This document shows positions 9,231 through 17,868 of a stretch of DNA of 64,000 bases, one piece after another (the stretch's first letter is position 1; every line of letters begins with the position of its first letter). Both the position numbers and the translations under genes were made by a program. Under the pieces are notes generated by a model that saw only the letters and a list, made by a program, of their open reading frames with translations, searched no databases and had not been told where the DNA came from. Source of the DNA: Alphaproteobacteria bacterium (lineage in GTDB: Bacteria; Pseudomonadota; Alphaproteobacteria; UBA9655); NCBI GenBank assembly GCA_020049895.1, contig JAGVLE010000011.1:3131-67130 (forward strand), in the 5' to 3' direction.

Positions 9231-9679
9231 AAACAAATTTACTTGAAGTCGTCATGGGAGCAGTCGTCTTAATAGCCTGCGCCGTCTTTGCTGCCTTTGT
9301 TTATACCACCAGCTGTTGGCGCTCTACCGAGGGTTATGAAGTCACCGCAAAATTTCAGCGTATAGATGGCTTACGACCTGGGAGTGACGTTCGTATTGGA
9401 GGCGTTAAGGTTGGAAATATAAAAATGATCCGTCTAGACCCCAAGACTTACCTTGCTGTTGTCCATGTCTCTCTTCCCCATCATATCAAGCTGCCTCAAG
9501 ATACAGCAGCTGAAGTTGCAAGTGAAGGATTGCTGGGAGGTAAATTTTTGGCCCTTTTGCCTGGCGGAGAAGAAATTCTTATTGAACCAGGTGGTGAGAT
9601 TCAGCACACTCAATCTTCCGTAAGCCTAGAGGCTCTCATTGGTCAATTCATGTTTAATTCAACGCAGGAAAAGAAGTAA
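9227..9679 (+). CDS. mlaD: MlaD-family (MCE domain) outer-membrane lipid asymmetry protein
   Basis: 150 aa with an N-terminal anchor (LLEVVMGAVVLIACAVFAAFVY) followed by an MCE-like core (GLRPGSDVRIGGVKVGNI). ATGA overlap with the preceding gene. Confidence 0.8.
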   Translation: MKTNLLEVVMGAVVLIACAVFAAFVYTTSCWRSTEGYEVTAKFQRIDGLRPGSDVRIGGVKVGNIKMIRLDPKTYLAVVHVSLPHHIKLPQDTAAEVASEGLLGGKFLALLPGGEEILIEPGGEIQHTQSSVSLEALIGQFMFNSTQEKK

Positions 9680-9745
9680 TTGGTATCCTCCGTTGTCAGT
9701 GGACGCGAGAAAGAAAGGAACGCCTTATTGCGACGAGACTTTACG

Positions 9746-10351
9746 ATGGAAAGATTTAGCCAGTATGTGAGATCCTGGTATAAAAAGCTCTTTATTTCGG
9801 ACATTTCTCTAGCCCGGATGTGCAAAGGCCTCGGGGTTATGACGGGTCTCATATTCCTCGCGCTCTCTCCCCTTAAAGCCCAGGATTTTGAAGGTATTTT
9901 AAAAGAATTTACGGGCTCTGAGTCTGATCAAATAGAAAGCGAAGTGGCCGAAAAAAAACCAGAAACCAAGCCTCTTGGCCCTTCTTCCAATGATATTATG
10001 TCAACTCTTGAGGTGGATGATTTTGCCCCCCCAGAAAACGTAAAAACCAACGGGGTTGTTCTGCAAGGCCTTGATAAAACAACAGCGCGTGTTTTTATCC
10101 TGGAAGCTCCGCTTGATAAACAAATTGAGTTTGGCACCTTGAGAGTAACCGTTCACAGATGCGAAAAAGCTCCTGCGGAAAGCCATCAAGAATCCATAGC
10201 GTTTGTGACTATTATGGAAGCTAAACCGAATTGTCCTGTACAAAAGCTTTTTTCTGGCTGGATGTTTGCTTCCAGTCCCGCCTTGTCTGCTCTTGACCAC
10301 CCGCTTTATGATGTGTGGATCAAAGAATGTAAAAATATAAAGAAGAAATAG
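9746..10351 (+). CDS. DUF2155-family periplasmic protein
   Basis: The C-terminal region (VVLQGLDKTTARVFILEAPLDKQIEFGTLRVTVHRCEKAP ... FSGWMFASSPALSALDHPLYDVWIKEC) matches my recollection of the DUF2155 family. That family follows mlaD in alphaproteobacteria. The start is uncertain: ATG at 9746, or at 9818 giving the signal peptide MCKGLGVMTGLIFLALSPLKA. Confidence 0.7.
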   Translation: MERFSQYVRSWYKKLFISDISLARMCKGLGVMTGLIFLALSPLKAQDFEGILKEFTGSESDQIESEVAEKKPETKPLGPSSNDIMSTLEVDDFAPPENVKTNGVVLQGLDKTTARVFILEAPLDKQIEFGTLRVTVHRCEKAPAESHQESIAFVTIMEAKPNCPVQKLFSGWMFASSPALSALDHPLYDVWIKECKNIKKK

Positions 10352-10356
10352 CTACC

Positions 10357-12939
10357 TTACAGTGCCTTCAACGCATACAACGTTTCAAGCGCTTCCTTCG
10401 GAGAAAGGGTGTCTGGATCTAGTTGCGCCACTGCTTTTTCAAGAGGAGTTGGGACTGTAAATGATTCCTCAAAAAGGGGTAAGGGCAAAACAGTCAACGT
10501 AGGTTTTGGTTTTGTATCTTCTAAGGTTTTTAAAACCTCTTCCGCGCGTCTAATGACGGTTGGAGGGAGTCCAGCTAATTTGGCGACATGAATACCGTAA
10601 GATTTATCTGCTGTCCCTTTTGCAATTTCGTGGAGAAACACAATCTGATCCTCCCATTCGCGAATTTTTACAGTGTAACAACTGACTTCAGGAAAGGATG
10701 CCTCTAGGGATGTCAGTTCATGATAGTGGGTAGCAAAAAGCGCTCGACAGCGATTCACGTGTACCAGCTGCTCTACACACGCCCATGCTAAGGAAAGCCC
10801 ATCAAAAGTCGCCGTACCTCGTCCAATTTCATCTAAAATCACAAAACTTCGCAGAGTAGCCTGATTCAAGATTGTAGCCGTTTCCGTCATTTCCACCATA
10901 AAGGTAGAGCGCCCGCGAGCTAGGTCATCGGAAGCTCCTACCCGGCTAAAAATGCGATCAATGCGGCCGATGTGAGCATGCTTTGCTGGCACATACATGC
11001 CCATATGAGCCATGAGGGCAATCAAGGCATTTTGCCGTAGATAAGTACTTTTCCCTGCCATATTAGGCCCTGTAAGGAGCCACAGGCCTTTTAAAGCGCA
11101 CGTATTAGGGATGAAGGGAGTTCCAGGAGGAAGTAATGCCTCCACCACAGGATGGCGGCCGTCTTCAATCTCAAAAGCAAGAGAGTCATCAATCAGAGGG
11201 CGTGTATATCCTTTTTCAAGGGCTAAGAAAGAGTGGCTTGAGAAAACATCAAGAGTCGCTAAGGCGTGAGCTGTTTGTACAATATCCGGTGTTCTTTTTG
11301 TGATCTCTTCCACTAAATCTTGAAAGAGCCTCATTTCTAGGGCAGAGGATTGCTCCAAGGCACTCGCGATTTTCTTCTCCAGTTCAACCAATTCTGCAGT
11401 TGTAAACCGCATCGCATTTATCATGGTTTGGCGATGGATAAATTGCGGGCCAAGTTTATCCTTGTGCACGCTTGTGACTTCAATGTGATACCCGACGATA
11501 TTATTATGTTTTATTTTTAGGGTGGATACTCCCGTTTCCCGACTATACTTTTGCTGGAGGGCCTCTAATGCCTCTTTGCTGTTATTCCGGAGGGCCAAAA
11601 GCTCATCCAATGGAGGATGGTATCCGGGGCGGATGAATCCTCCGTCTCGCGCTAAATGAGGAAGATCATCATTGAGAGCTCGACACAGGCGGTCCGTAAG
11701 CTCTTTATAATATCCAAGACGTTTCAGCAGAGCGGCTAGGGGTGGGGGGAAATCATGGACATCGAAAATTTTTTGGATATCTGGAAGCAAGGAAAGCCCA
11801 CGATTGAGAGCCGCCAAATCTCGCGGTCCTCCTCGTCCCCAGGTAAGACGAGAGAGAGGGCGTTCAAGATCGGGACATGTCTTCAAAACCGCCCGCAAAG
11901 CCGTTAAGAGAGGTGGTTTTTCATAAAGAAAATCCACACAAGTCAGACGCTTTTGTAGAGCAGCAAGATCTGTCAGAGGAGAGCTGAGGTGATGAGAGAG
12001 AAGGCGCGTGCCCATGGGTGTTGCAGTATGATCAATGACTCCTAGCAGGCTGCCTATTTTTTCGCCTGAAAGAGAGCGATGAAGTTCCAAGTTCCAACGC
12101 GTTGCTGCATCTAGCTCTAGCCTCCCCCCTTCTTTCAAGCGTTTTGGTGGCTTCAGGGAGGGAACTTCCCGCTTTTGTGTGAGGCGAATATAGTCCACCA
12201 AAGCTCCGCAAGCGGCAATTTCTTGAGGCTTAAAATCTCCAAAAGATTCCAGCGTTTCGACCCCATAAAGTTCCTTTAACCGCTCAAGTCCATTCTGCCT
12301 ATCAAAACGGCTGCTTGGCAGAGGCGTTAGACGTTTCTTAAGTTCTTGAAAAAGCTCATAAAGTTCAGGTGTTTGAAGGAAAGGATCAGGCAGCAAAATT
12401 TCCCCTGGGCGTAAGCGTGCAAGAACCGTTTCAAGAAGGGGAAGCGGGGCGGATTCTACTAAAAAATCGCCTGTTGAAATATCAATGGAAGCAATCCCAA
12501 TAGCTTTATCTTTTCCAGGAACAAGAGCGGTTAAAAAATTATTTTGACCAGCGTCTAGTAAGCTTTCTTCTGTTAAGGTCCCTGGCGTAAGGACGCGGAC
12601 GACATCTCGTCCCAAAGGACCTTTGGTTTGTCGGTCAGAAGCTCCCTCCAGTTGCTCACAAAGAGCGACACGAAAGCCTTGGCGAATGAGCCGTGCTAAA
12701 TAATGGTCACAGCGGTGGGCGGGGACGCCGCACATAGGGATATCATCCCCTTCTTTAGCTTTCCCTCGGCGGGTTAAGGTAATATCGAGAGCCTTGGCGG
12801 CGATCAAAGCATCCTCATAAAACAGCTCGTAAAAATCTCCCAATCGATAAAACAGCAGACAACCTGGGTATTGAGATTTAATCTCTAAATACTGGGTCAT
12901 CATAGGGGTTTGCGATGAAGATGAGGGAGATACTTGCAT
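10357..12939 (-). CDS. mutS: DNA mismatch repair protein MutS
   Basis: 860 aa. Motifs: TPMMTQYLEIK...FYRLGDFYELF at the N-terminus, Walker A GPNMAGKSTYLRQ, and DEIGRGTATFDGLSLA. Confidence 0.95.
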   Translation of the reverse strand: MQVSPSSSSQTPMMTQYLEIKSQYPGCLLFYRLGDFYELFYEDALIAAKALDITLTRRGKAKEGDDIPMCGVPAHRCDHYLARLIRQGFRVALCEQLEGASDRQTKGPLGRDVVRVLTPGTLTEESLLDAGQNNFLTALVPGKDKAIGIASIDISTGDFLVESAPLPLLETVLARLRPGEILLPDPFLQTPELYELFQELKKRLTPLPSSRFDRQNGLERLKELYGVETLESFGDFKPQEIAACGALVDYIRLTQKREVPSLKPPKRLKEGGRLELDAATRWNLELHRSLSGEKIGSLLGVIDHTATPMGTRLLSHHLSSPLTDLAALQKRLTCVDFLYEKPPLLTALRAVLKTCPDLERPLSRLTWGRGGPRDLAALNRGLSLLPDIQKIFDVHDFPPPLAALLKRLGYYKELTDRLCRALNDDLPHLARDGGFIRPGYHPPLDELLALRNNSKEALEALQQKYSRETGVSTLKIKHNNIVGYHIEVTSVHKDKLGPQFIHRQTMINAMRFTTAELVELEKKIASALEQSSALEMRLFQDLVEEITKRTPDIVQTAHALATLDVFSSHSFLALEKGYTRPLIDDSLAFEIEDGRHPVVEALLPPGTPFIPNTCALKGLWLLTGPNMAGKSTYLRQNALIALMAHMGMYVPAKHAHIGRIDRIFSRVGASDDLARGRSTFMVEMTETATILNQATLRSFVILDEIGRGTATFDGLSLAWACVEQLVHVNRCRALFATHYHELTSLEASFPEVSCYTVKIREWEDQIVFLHEIAKGTADKSYGIHVAKLAGLPPTVIRRAEEVLKTLEDTKPKPTLTVLPLPLFEESFTVPTPLEKAVAQLDPDTLSPKEALETLYALKAL

Positions 12940-13050
12940 AGTGTTACATTATGAAAATCAGGTGATTTTGTCACGGAGAAAAGAGTTTCTCTTGTTAATC
13001 CTTTTTTAACCACTCCTATGCATGATGATAAGGAAAAAGAGGAATCATTT

Positions 13051-13335
13051 ATGACAAAAAATATACTTTGGACAGTGCTCGTTTTAGGCGCTTTAGGAAT
13101 TAACATAAGCTACGCACAATTTTCCCCTTCCTGCAGCACCCCTGATGGAACGTGGAAAGAAGATTGTAGTTTGCGTCATACTCTCACGCAAGATGGCAAA
13201 GGATGTACCTTCATTGCTAGCTGTGATGGAAAGGAAACCAGTTATACATGGCCCTTATCAGGTGGATCTCCTTTGATAGACTATACGAGTGGGGCGTTGG
13301 TTAACCAGAATGAGAAAAAGTCCTGCGCCGCTTAA
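13051..13335 (+). CDS. small secreted Cys-rich hypothetical protein
   Basis: GAGGA lies 8 nt upstream of the ATG at 13051. The signal peptide is MTKNILWTVLVLGALGINISYA. The mature part (~70 aa) has 5 Cys. No family recognised. Confidence 0.45.
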   Translation: MTKNILWTVLVLGALGINISYAQFSPSCSTPDGTWKEDCSLRHTLTQDGKGCTFIASCDGKETSYTWPLSGGSPLIDYTSGALVNQNEKKSCAA

Positions 13336-13499
13336 TTTAGCATCGCGTCATTCCCCTTCTCTGTCCGTCTGGCTGCGGTAGAGGGGCTATGGTTATACGA
13401 TTAAGCTCAAAAGAAAATATCCTTTTAAGAAAAAGAATTTTCTATTAGTGTTTGAAAAAACAATAGCAATATCGTGGAATCAATGTTCCGGAATTATCA

Positions 13500-14279
13500 A
13501 TGAAAAAAGCATTCACGCGCTTTGTCCTCACCAGTTTAATGCTTCTTTTCTCACCTATTGCCTGGGCAAATTCTCCGCAGCCTTGGCAAATTTATTTTCA
13601 AGCCCCGGCGACGCCGATAATGGAGCAGCTTTATGATTTCCATACCTTCTTGCTTGTCATAGAGGGAATGATTGTTCTGCTTGTTGTAGTTTTGATTGGA
13701 TTTGTAACCATTCGCTTCCGTGCCTCGCGGAACCCTATTCCTTCCAGAGTTGCCCACAACACTTGGCTGGAAATCATTTGGACGCTTCTTCCTGTGCTTA
13801 TTCTTATTGTTATTGCGGTTCCTTCCTTTAAGCTTCTTTATGTGATGGATGTGACGCCCAAGGCTGAACTCACCCTTAAAGCTACAGGCAGCCAATGGTA
13901 TTGGACATATGACTATCCAGATTTAGAGATTCATTTTGATAGTCACATCGTGCCAGAAGACAAACTCAAGCCCGGTCAGTTGCGGCTTTTTGAGGTAGAT
14001 CATCGTGTTGTGGTTCCAACGCATACGACGATTCGCCTTTTAACAACCTCAACAGATGTCATACACAGCTGGGCCGTTCCGGCCTTTGGCGTTAAAAAAG
14101 ACAGCATCCCTGGCCGCTTGAACGAGACATGGTTTCGCATTCAAAGAGAGGGCGTTTACTACGGACAATGTTCTGAATTGTGCGGTGTTAACCATGGATT
14201 TATGCCCATTGTTGTCGAAGCCGTTTCTAAAGAAAACTTTGACAAATGGGTGGCCTCTCAACGTCAAAAAACAAATTAA
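13500..14279 (+). CDS. coxB: cytochrome c oxidase subunit II
   Basis: Signal peptide plus two membrane spans, and the CuA site HSWAVPAFGVKKDSIPGRLNETWF...GQCSELCGVNHGFMP. Confidence 0.93.
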   Translation: MKKAFTRFVLTSLMLLFSPIAWANSPQPWQIYFQAPATPIMEQLYDFHTFLLVIEGMIVLLVVVLIGFVTIRFRASRNPIPSRVAHNTWLEIIWTLLPVLILIVIAVPSFKLLYVMDVTPKAELTLKATGSQWYWTYDYPDLEIHFDSHIVPEDKLKPGQLRLFEVDHRVVVPTHTTIRLLTTSTDVIHSWAVPAFGVKKDSIPGRLNETWFRIQREGVYYGQCSELCGVNHGFMPIVVEAVSKENFDKWVASQRQKTN

Positions 14280-14365
14280 TCATAGCTCTCGCTAAAAAGA
14301 AGATTTATATCCAAACATTGAGGGGGAGTGTAATGCCTGTTAACTTTTTACCTAAAAAAAGCCTT

Positions 14366-15646
14366 TTAGTTCTCCAGTTCTGCTTGGAGTTCTGGGACGA
14401 GAGCCGGGCCATTATCAACTACCAAGTCAAATGTGGGAACAAGAAAATCTTGAATTTGAAAGACAGGAAGTTGAAAGACAGAAGGTTCAAATGTAGATCG
14501 CGTGCGCCAACCTCCATTTCTATACGCTCCAATCTTATTGGGATCTAGTTTAGGAATAAGGCGTTGTATATGTTCTAAAAAATTAGGATGAATAGTGTGT
14601 CCAGATGAGGCACAGATTTGCGCTAGCTGACCAAGAGGGCCATTATCATTAAATAATAAAGTTAAAGAAGGACGGCCTGGTAGCTTTTTCTTTGGGAGCT
14701 GCTTATAAAAATTAATTATCGTCCTCAGAGACTTTATATCTTTTGCAAAGTCGCTTTCAAAAGCAATTCTTGCTTGCTTTTCTGTTGGCGTAAGAAAGTA
14801 AGTGTTTGATCCCAAACTTCTAAAACGTCCCTCAATTTCCCGAGATTTAATAGTCAATAGCGATAAATTATCAGCGATTGATTTTAGGTGTTCAAGGGCT
14901 GCGTATCTATGACGTGTTAAATTATAGGGTGCTCTTGAGACTTCCCCTAATCCCATGTAATCTTCAGTTGGTAAAAAACAAAGAATATGAAGGAGCATAT
15001 CTCCTGGCAGGTCACTCAAAGCAAGGGGCTTTGTCAAAGGTGCTGTTGGTTCTCCGGATTCTTCCCCTTTCATAGGCTCCTTAGGTAAGCCTTTTTCGAA
15101 TTTCGGAGCTCTACCCCAAATTATTTCAAATTTATTTTTCCAAAAATCGCCTGATGCTAACTTCCTTGTAGAATGATCTTCAAAGTCAAACTTTATTACA
15201 TTAATCGGCGAGTTTTTTAGTAAACCTATTAAATATTTTCTCTCACCTTTTGGAGGCCATGAGCTTTCACTGTCTTCACTTATAAGAGAAAGTCTTTCTA
15301 AAAGATTGAGTAACTTATGCGGATCCGGCGGTGGTGGGCCTCCCCCAGCGCCCATAGATGTGTAGTTCCTTGAAAAAGAGATAGTAGAGCTATCAAAAAA
15401 AGTGTTTGAATCGTAGAATTGGGTACCTTCTAGGGTTCTAGACAATGATTTAAAACTGTCTAGGTCAACAGATGAGGATGAAGAAAAAATATCACTATCA
15501 CTATTCAAAGAGGTGTTATATCTACGTATAATACTACTCTGAGGAATTTTTCTCTCTTCTTGCTCTGAATCGTCCTCAACCATGGCGAAGCTGGCGCTTG
15601 CTCCTAAAAAATAGACCAAAGAAGCTATAATTCTTAAATAATTCAT
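14366..15646 (-). CDS. secreted hypothetical protein with F-box-like motif (eukaryote-like candidate effector)
   Basis: 426 aa. Features in order: a textbook Sec signal (MNYLRIIASLVYFLGASASFA), a Ser/Asp-rich low-complexity region, a GGGPPPPDP tract, then LSDLPGDMLLHILCFLPTEDYMGLGEVSRAPYNL, which fits the F-box consensus (LP.E(I/L)L..I...L...D......VS...). Confidence 0.7.
   Translation of the reverse strand: MNYLRIIASLVYFLGASASFAMVEDDSEQEERKIPQSSIIRRYNTSLNSDSDIFSSSSSVDLDSFKSLSRTLEGTQFYDSNTFFDSSTISFSRNYTSMGAGGGPPPPDPHKLLNLLERLSLISEDSESSWPPKGERKYLIGLLKNSPINVIKFDFEDHSTRKLASGDFWKNKFEIIWGRAPKFEKGLPKEPMKGEESGEPTAPLTKPLALSDLPGDMLLHILCFLPTEDYMGLGEVSRAPYNLTRHRYAALEHLKSIADNLSLLTIKSREIEGRFRSLGSNTYFLTPTEKQARIAFESDFAKDIKSLRTIINFYKQLPKKKLPGRPSLTLLFNDNGPLGQLAQICASSGHTIHPNFLEHIQRLIPKLDPNKIGAYRNGGWRTRSTFEPSVFQLPVFQIQDFLVPTFDLVVDNGPALVPELQAELEN
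14897..15025 (-). other. F-box-like motif (aa ~208-250 of the 426-aa protein)
   Basis: LALSDLPGDMLLHILCFLPTEDYMGLGEVSRAPYNLTRHRYAA, compared by eye with the F-box consensus. Confidence 0.6.
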
Positions 15647-15773
15647 TGTTTATATGCTCTTGTAAAATACAAATAATATTAACAACTAATTTATAGTTAT
15701 TAATAAAGCTTTTTTCAAGTGTATTGTGTTTTAAATTTATAGCAGAATAGATTATTCCAGGCTTACCTGGGTT

Positions 15774-17090
15774 CTAGTAAGGAATCATGACAAGGGCCTT
15801 TAATCCCCCGTGCTCTGAAGCAGACAGAGAAATTTCTCCACCATGGCCATGGGCAATGTCACGCGCAATGCTGAGGCCAAGGCCCACCCCACCTGTAGCA
15901 ATATTACGGGAAGAATCGAGGCGAAAGAAGGGTTTGAAAACCTCTTCCCTCTTCCCTTCTGGGATACCAGGACCATCATCTTCAATACTTATAAAGAGAG
16001 AGTCGTTATCGGTATGACTACCAATCCAAACCTGCTTCCCATACCGGGTCGCATTATTGATGAGATTCATTAGGCAACGTTTTAGAGCTTGAGGTTTAAC
16101 ATTAAAAAGGGGGAGGTTGGTTGGAGAGTAGTGAACGGGAACACGAGGATCGGCGCGTCCCTCAATAGCGTCTAAGAGAAGGGAATTGATATCGATCTCG
16201 CTTGCTTCCTCAGGGCCTTCTCCTCTGGCAAAAGTCAGGTAGCCCTCAAGCATTTTACTCATTTCTTCTACATCTTTTTGGAGCCCTACAATCTCTTGAG
16301 AAAGGGGCATCATAGTTAGCTGAAGGCGCATGCGTGTCAGCGGAGTTCGTAGATCGTGGGAGACTCCTGCCAACATGGTTGCTCGTTGAGTTAATTGTCG
16401 TTGGAGACGCTCTCTCATCTCTATAAACGCATGGGTGAGTTTGCGAATCTCAATCGATCCCTCAGGTTTCAAGGGAGGGAAAGAACGACCCTTACCAAAT
16501 CGGTCAGCGGCAATAGCGAGGCGACGCAAGGGTTTAATTTGATTGTGCAGGAAAACGACAGCAATGAAAAGAAAGACAGCGGACGTAAAGGCTACCCATG
16601 CAACAAACAGAAAAGCACCGCGGCTACAAAACCGGCTGAGGGGGGTCTCAAATTTCAAGATGCCATCTTTAACAGCCGTTTCAATAAAGATTTCGCGCTG
16701 CTGAATAGTGAATGTGTAGGGGCCAAAAATTTGCTCCTTTAGAGCAATATCGAGCGGTGTATCTTTGAGAGACTCAGGGACGGAGGGGAGAACCGTTTCA
16801 TGGGGAACAAACTCTATTCTGAATTTAAGATATGTTCCTGCCAGAGATTGATAAAACGCTTGTTGTTTGGGCGCATTATTATGAAGAGCGGTTATGATTC
16901 CTACGTCTCCTGCAATGTTTTTAGCAATAGTTTTGGTCACTCGGTCCCAGTGAGAATCAAGGAAAATATAGACAGCTGTCGTTTCAATAAGGATGAGTGG
17001 AAGCACTAAAATTAAAAGAGACCTTCCAAACATGCTTTTAGGAAGATAGGGCTTAAGAACTTTTAAGGGATGCTTTAGGAAATATTTCAT
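15774..17090 (-). CDS. EnvZ-like sensor histidine kinase
   Basis: Two membrane spans. H-box SHDLRTPLTRMRL, N-box LINNATRYG, G1 DDGPGIP, G2 GGVGLGLSIARDI. It overlaps the response-regulator gene (ATGA). Confidence 0.9.
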   Translation of the reverse strand: MKYFLKHPLKVLKPYLPKSMFGRSLLILVLPLILIETTAVYIFLDSHWDRVTKTIAKNIAGDVGIITALHNNAPKQQAFYQSLAGTYLKFRIEFVPHETVLPSVPESLKDTPLDIALKEQIFGPYTFTIQQREIFIETAVKDGILKFETPLSRFCSRGAFLFVAWVAFTSAVFLFIAVVFLHNQIKPLRRLAIAADRFGKGRSFPPLKPEGSIEIRKLTHAFIEMRERLQRQLTQRATMLAGVSHDLRTPLTRMRLQLTMMPLSQEIVGLQKDVEEMSKMLEGYLTFARGEGPEEASEIDINSLLLDAIEGRADPRVPVHYSPTNLPLFNVKPQALKRCLMNLINNATRYGKQVWIGSHTDNDSLFISIEDDGPGIPEGKREEVFKPFFRLDSSRNIATGGVGLGLSIARDIAHGHGGEISLSASEHGGLKALVMIPY

Positions 17091-17782
17091 GTTTCTGGAA
17101 TGAGGATATACCCCTTCCCTCGAATAGTTTGTAAATAGCGAGGAATTTTAGGATCATCTTCGACTTTTCGACGAAGGCGAGTGATTTGAACATCAATGGT
17201 GCGAGGATTTAACTCCCCCTCGTATTCTGCCACTAAATCTTCACGATTAAGGGCTTTTCCACGGTGGCGCGCAAAAATCTTTAAAAGGCAGCTCTCGACA
17301 GTGGTCAAAGAAATAGGAACACCATTGCGTGTTAACCGATTGGTTTTAAGGTCATACTGGGTCTTTCCCATCGATAGGGTTGTTTTTTGGTCAAGAGACT
17401 GGCCGCGTTTTAAAACAGCTCGAATGCGGAGCAAAAGTTCGCGGGGATCAAAAGGTTTGCAGAGATAATCATCTGCACCATGACTAAGCCCTGTAATTTT
17501 ATCTTCGGTCTCTCCCATAGCTGTCAAAAAGAGAATGGGGGTGTCCTTAAGCCGTACAGGGCCTGAGCGAATGAATTCAGCTAGAGAAAACCCATCTTCT
17601 TCGGGCATCATGACATCCAAGATCATGAGATCAAAGACAAAAAGAGTCATTAATTCTCGGGCATGAGCCGCATCTCGAGCAGTTGAGACAAAAAAATCGT
17701 TTTCAACCAAAAACTTACGCAAAAGATCACGCAATCTTTCATCATCATCAACCAGTAAGATATGAAATTTTGTCATTGTCAT
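17087..17782 (-). CDS. OmpR-family response regulator
   Basis: Receiver domain (HILLVDDDERL...DLMILDVMMPEEDG...KPF) plus a winged-helix C-terminus (RTIDVQITRLRRKVEDDPKIPRYLQTIRGKGYIL). Confidence 0.9.
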   Translation of the reverse strand: MTMTKFHILLVDDDERLRDLLRKFLVENDFFVSTARDAAHARELMTLFVFDLMILDVMMPEEDGFSLAEFIRSGPVRLKDTPILFLTAMGETEDKITGLSHGADDYLCKPFDPRELLLRIRAVLKRGQSLDQKTTLSMGKTQYDLKTNRLTRNGVPISLTTVESCLLKIFARHRGKALNREDLVAEYEGELNPRTIDVQITRLRRKVEDDPKIPRYLQTIRGKGYILIPET

Positions 17783-17868
17783 TCACGTCATATGCAGTAT
17801 CTTAGGGCTCATAGTATGGCATATGGCATCAGGCATGACAAACGGTAACCTATAAAGGAGTAATAGCC

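Noticed and set aside
8929-9246. Alternative 105-aa ORF overlapping the NDUFA12-like gene
   Set aside because: The other frame (8889-9230) carries the NDUFA12 family motifs and is translationally coupled to mlaD. This frame has no recognisable features.
13336-13499. Imperfect hairpin (ccccttctc...agagggg) after the small Cys-rich ORF, as a possible terminator
   Set aside because: The stem is bulged and no T-tract follows, so the evidence is insufficient.
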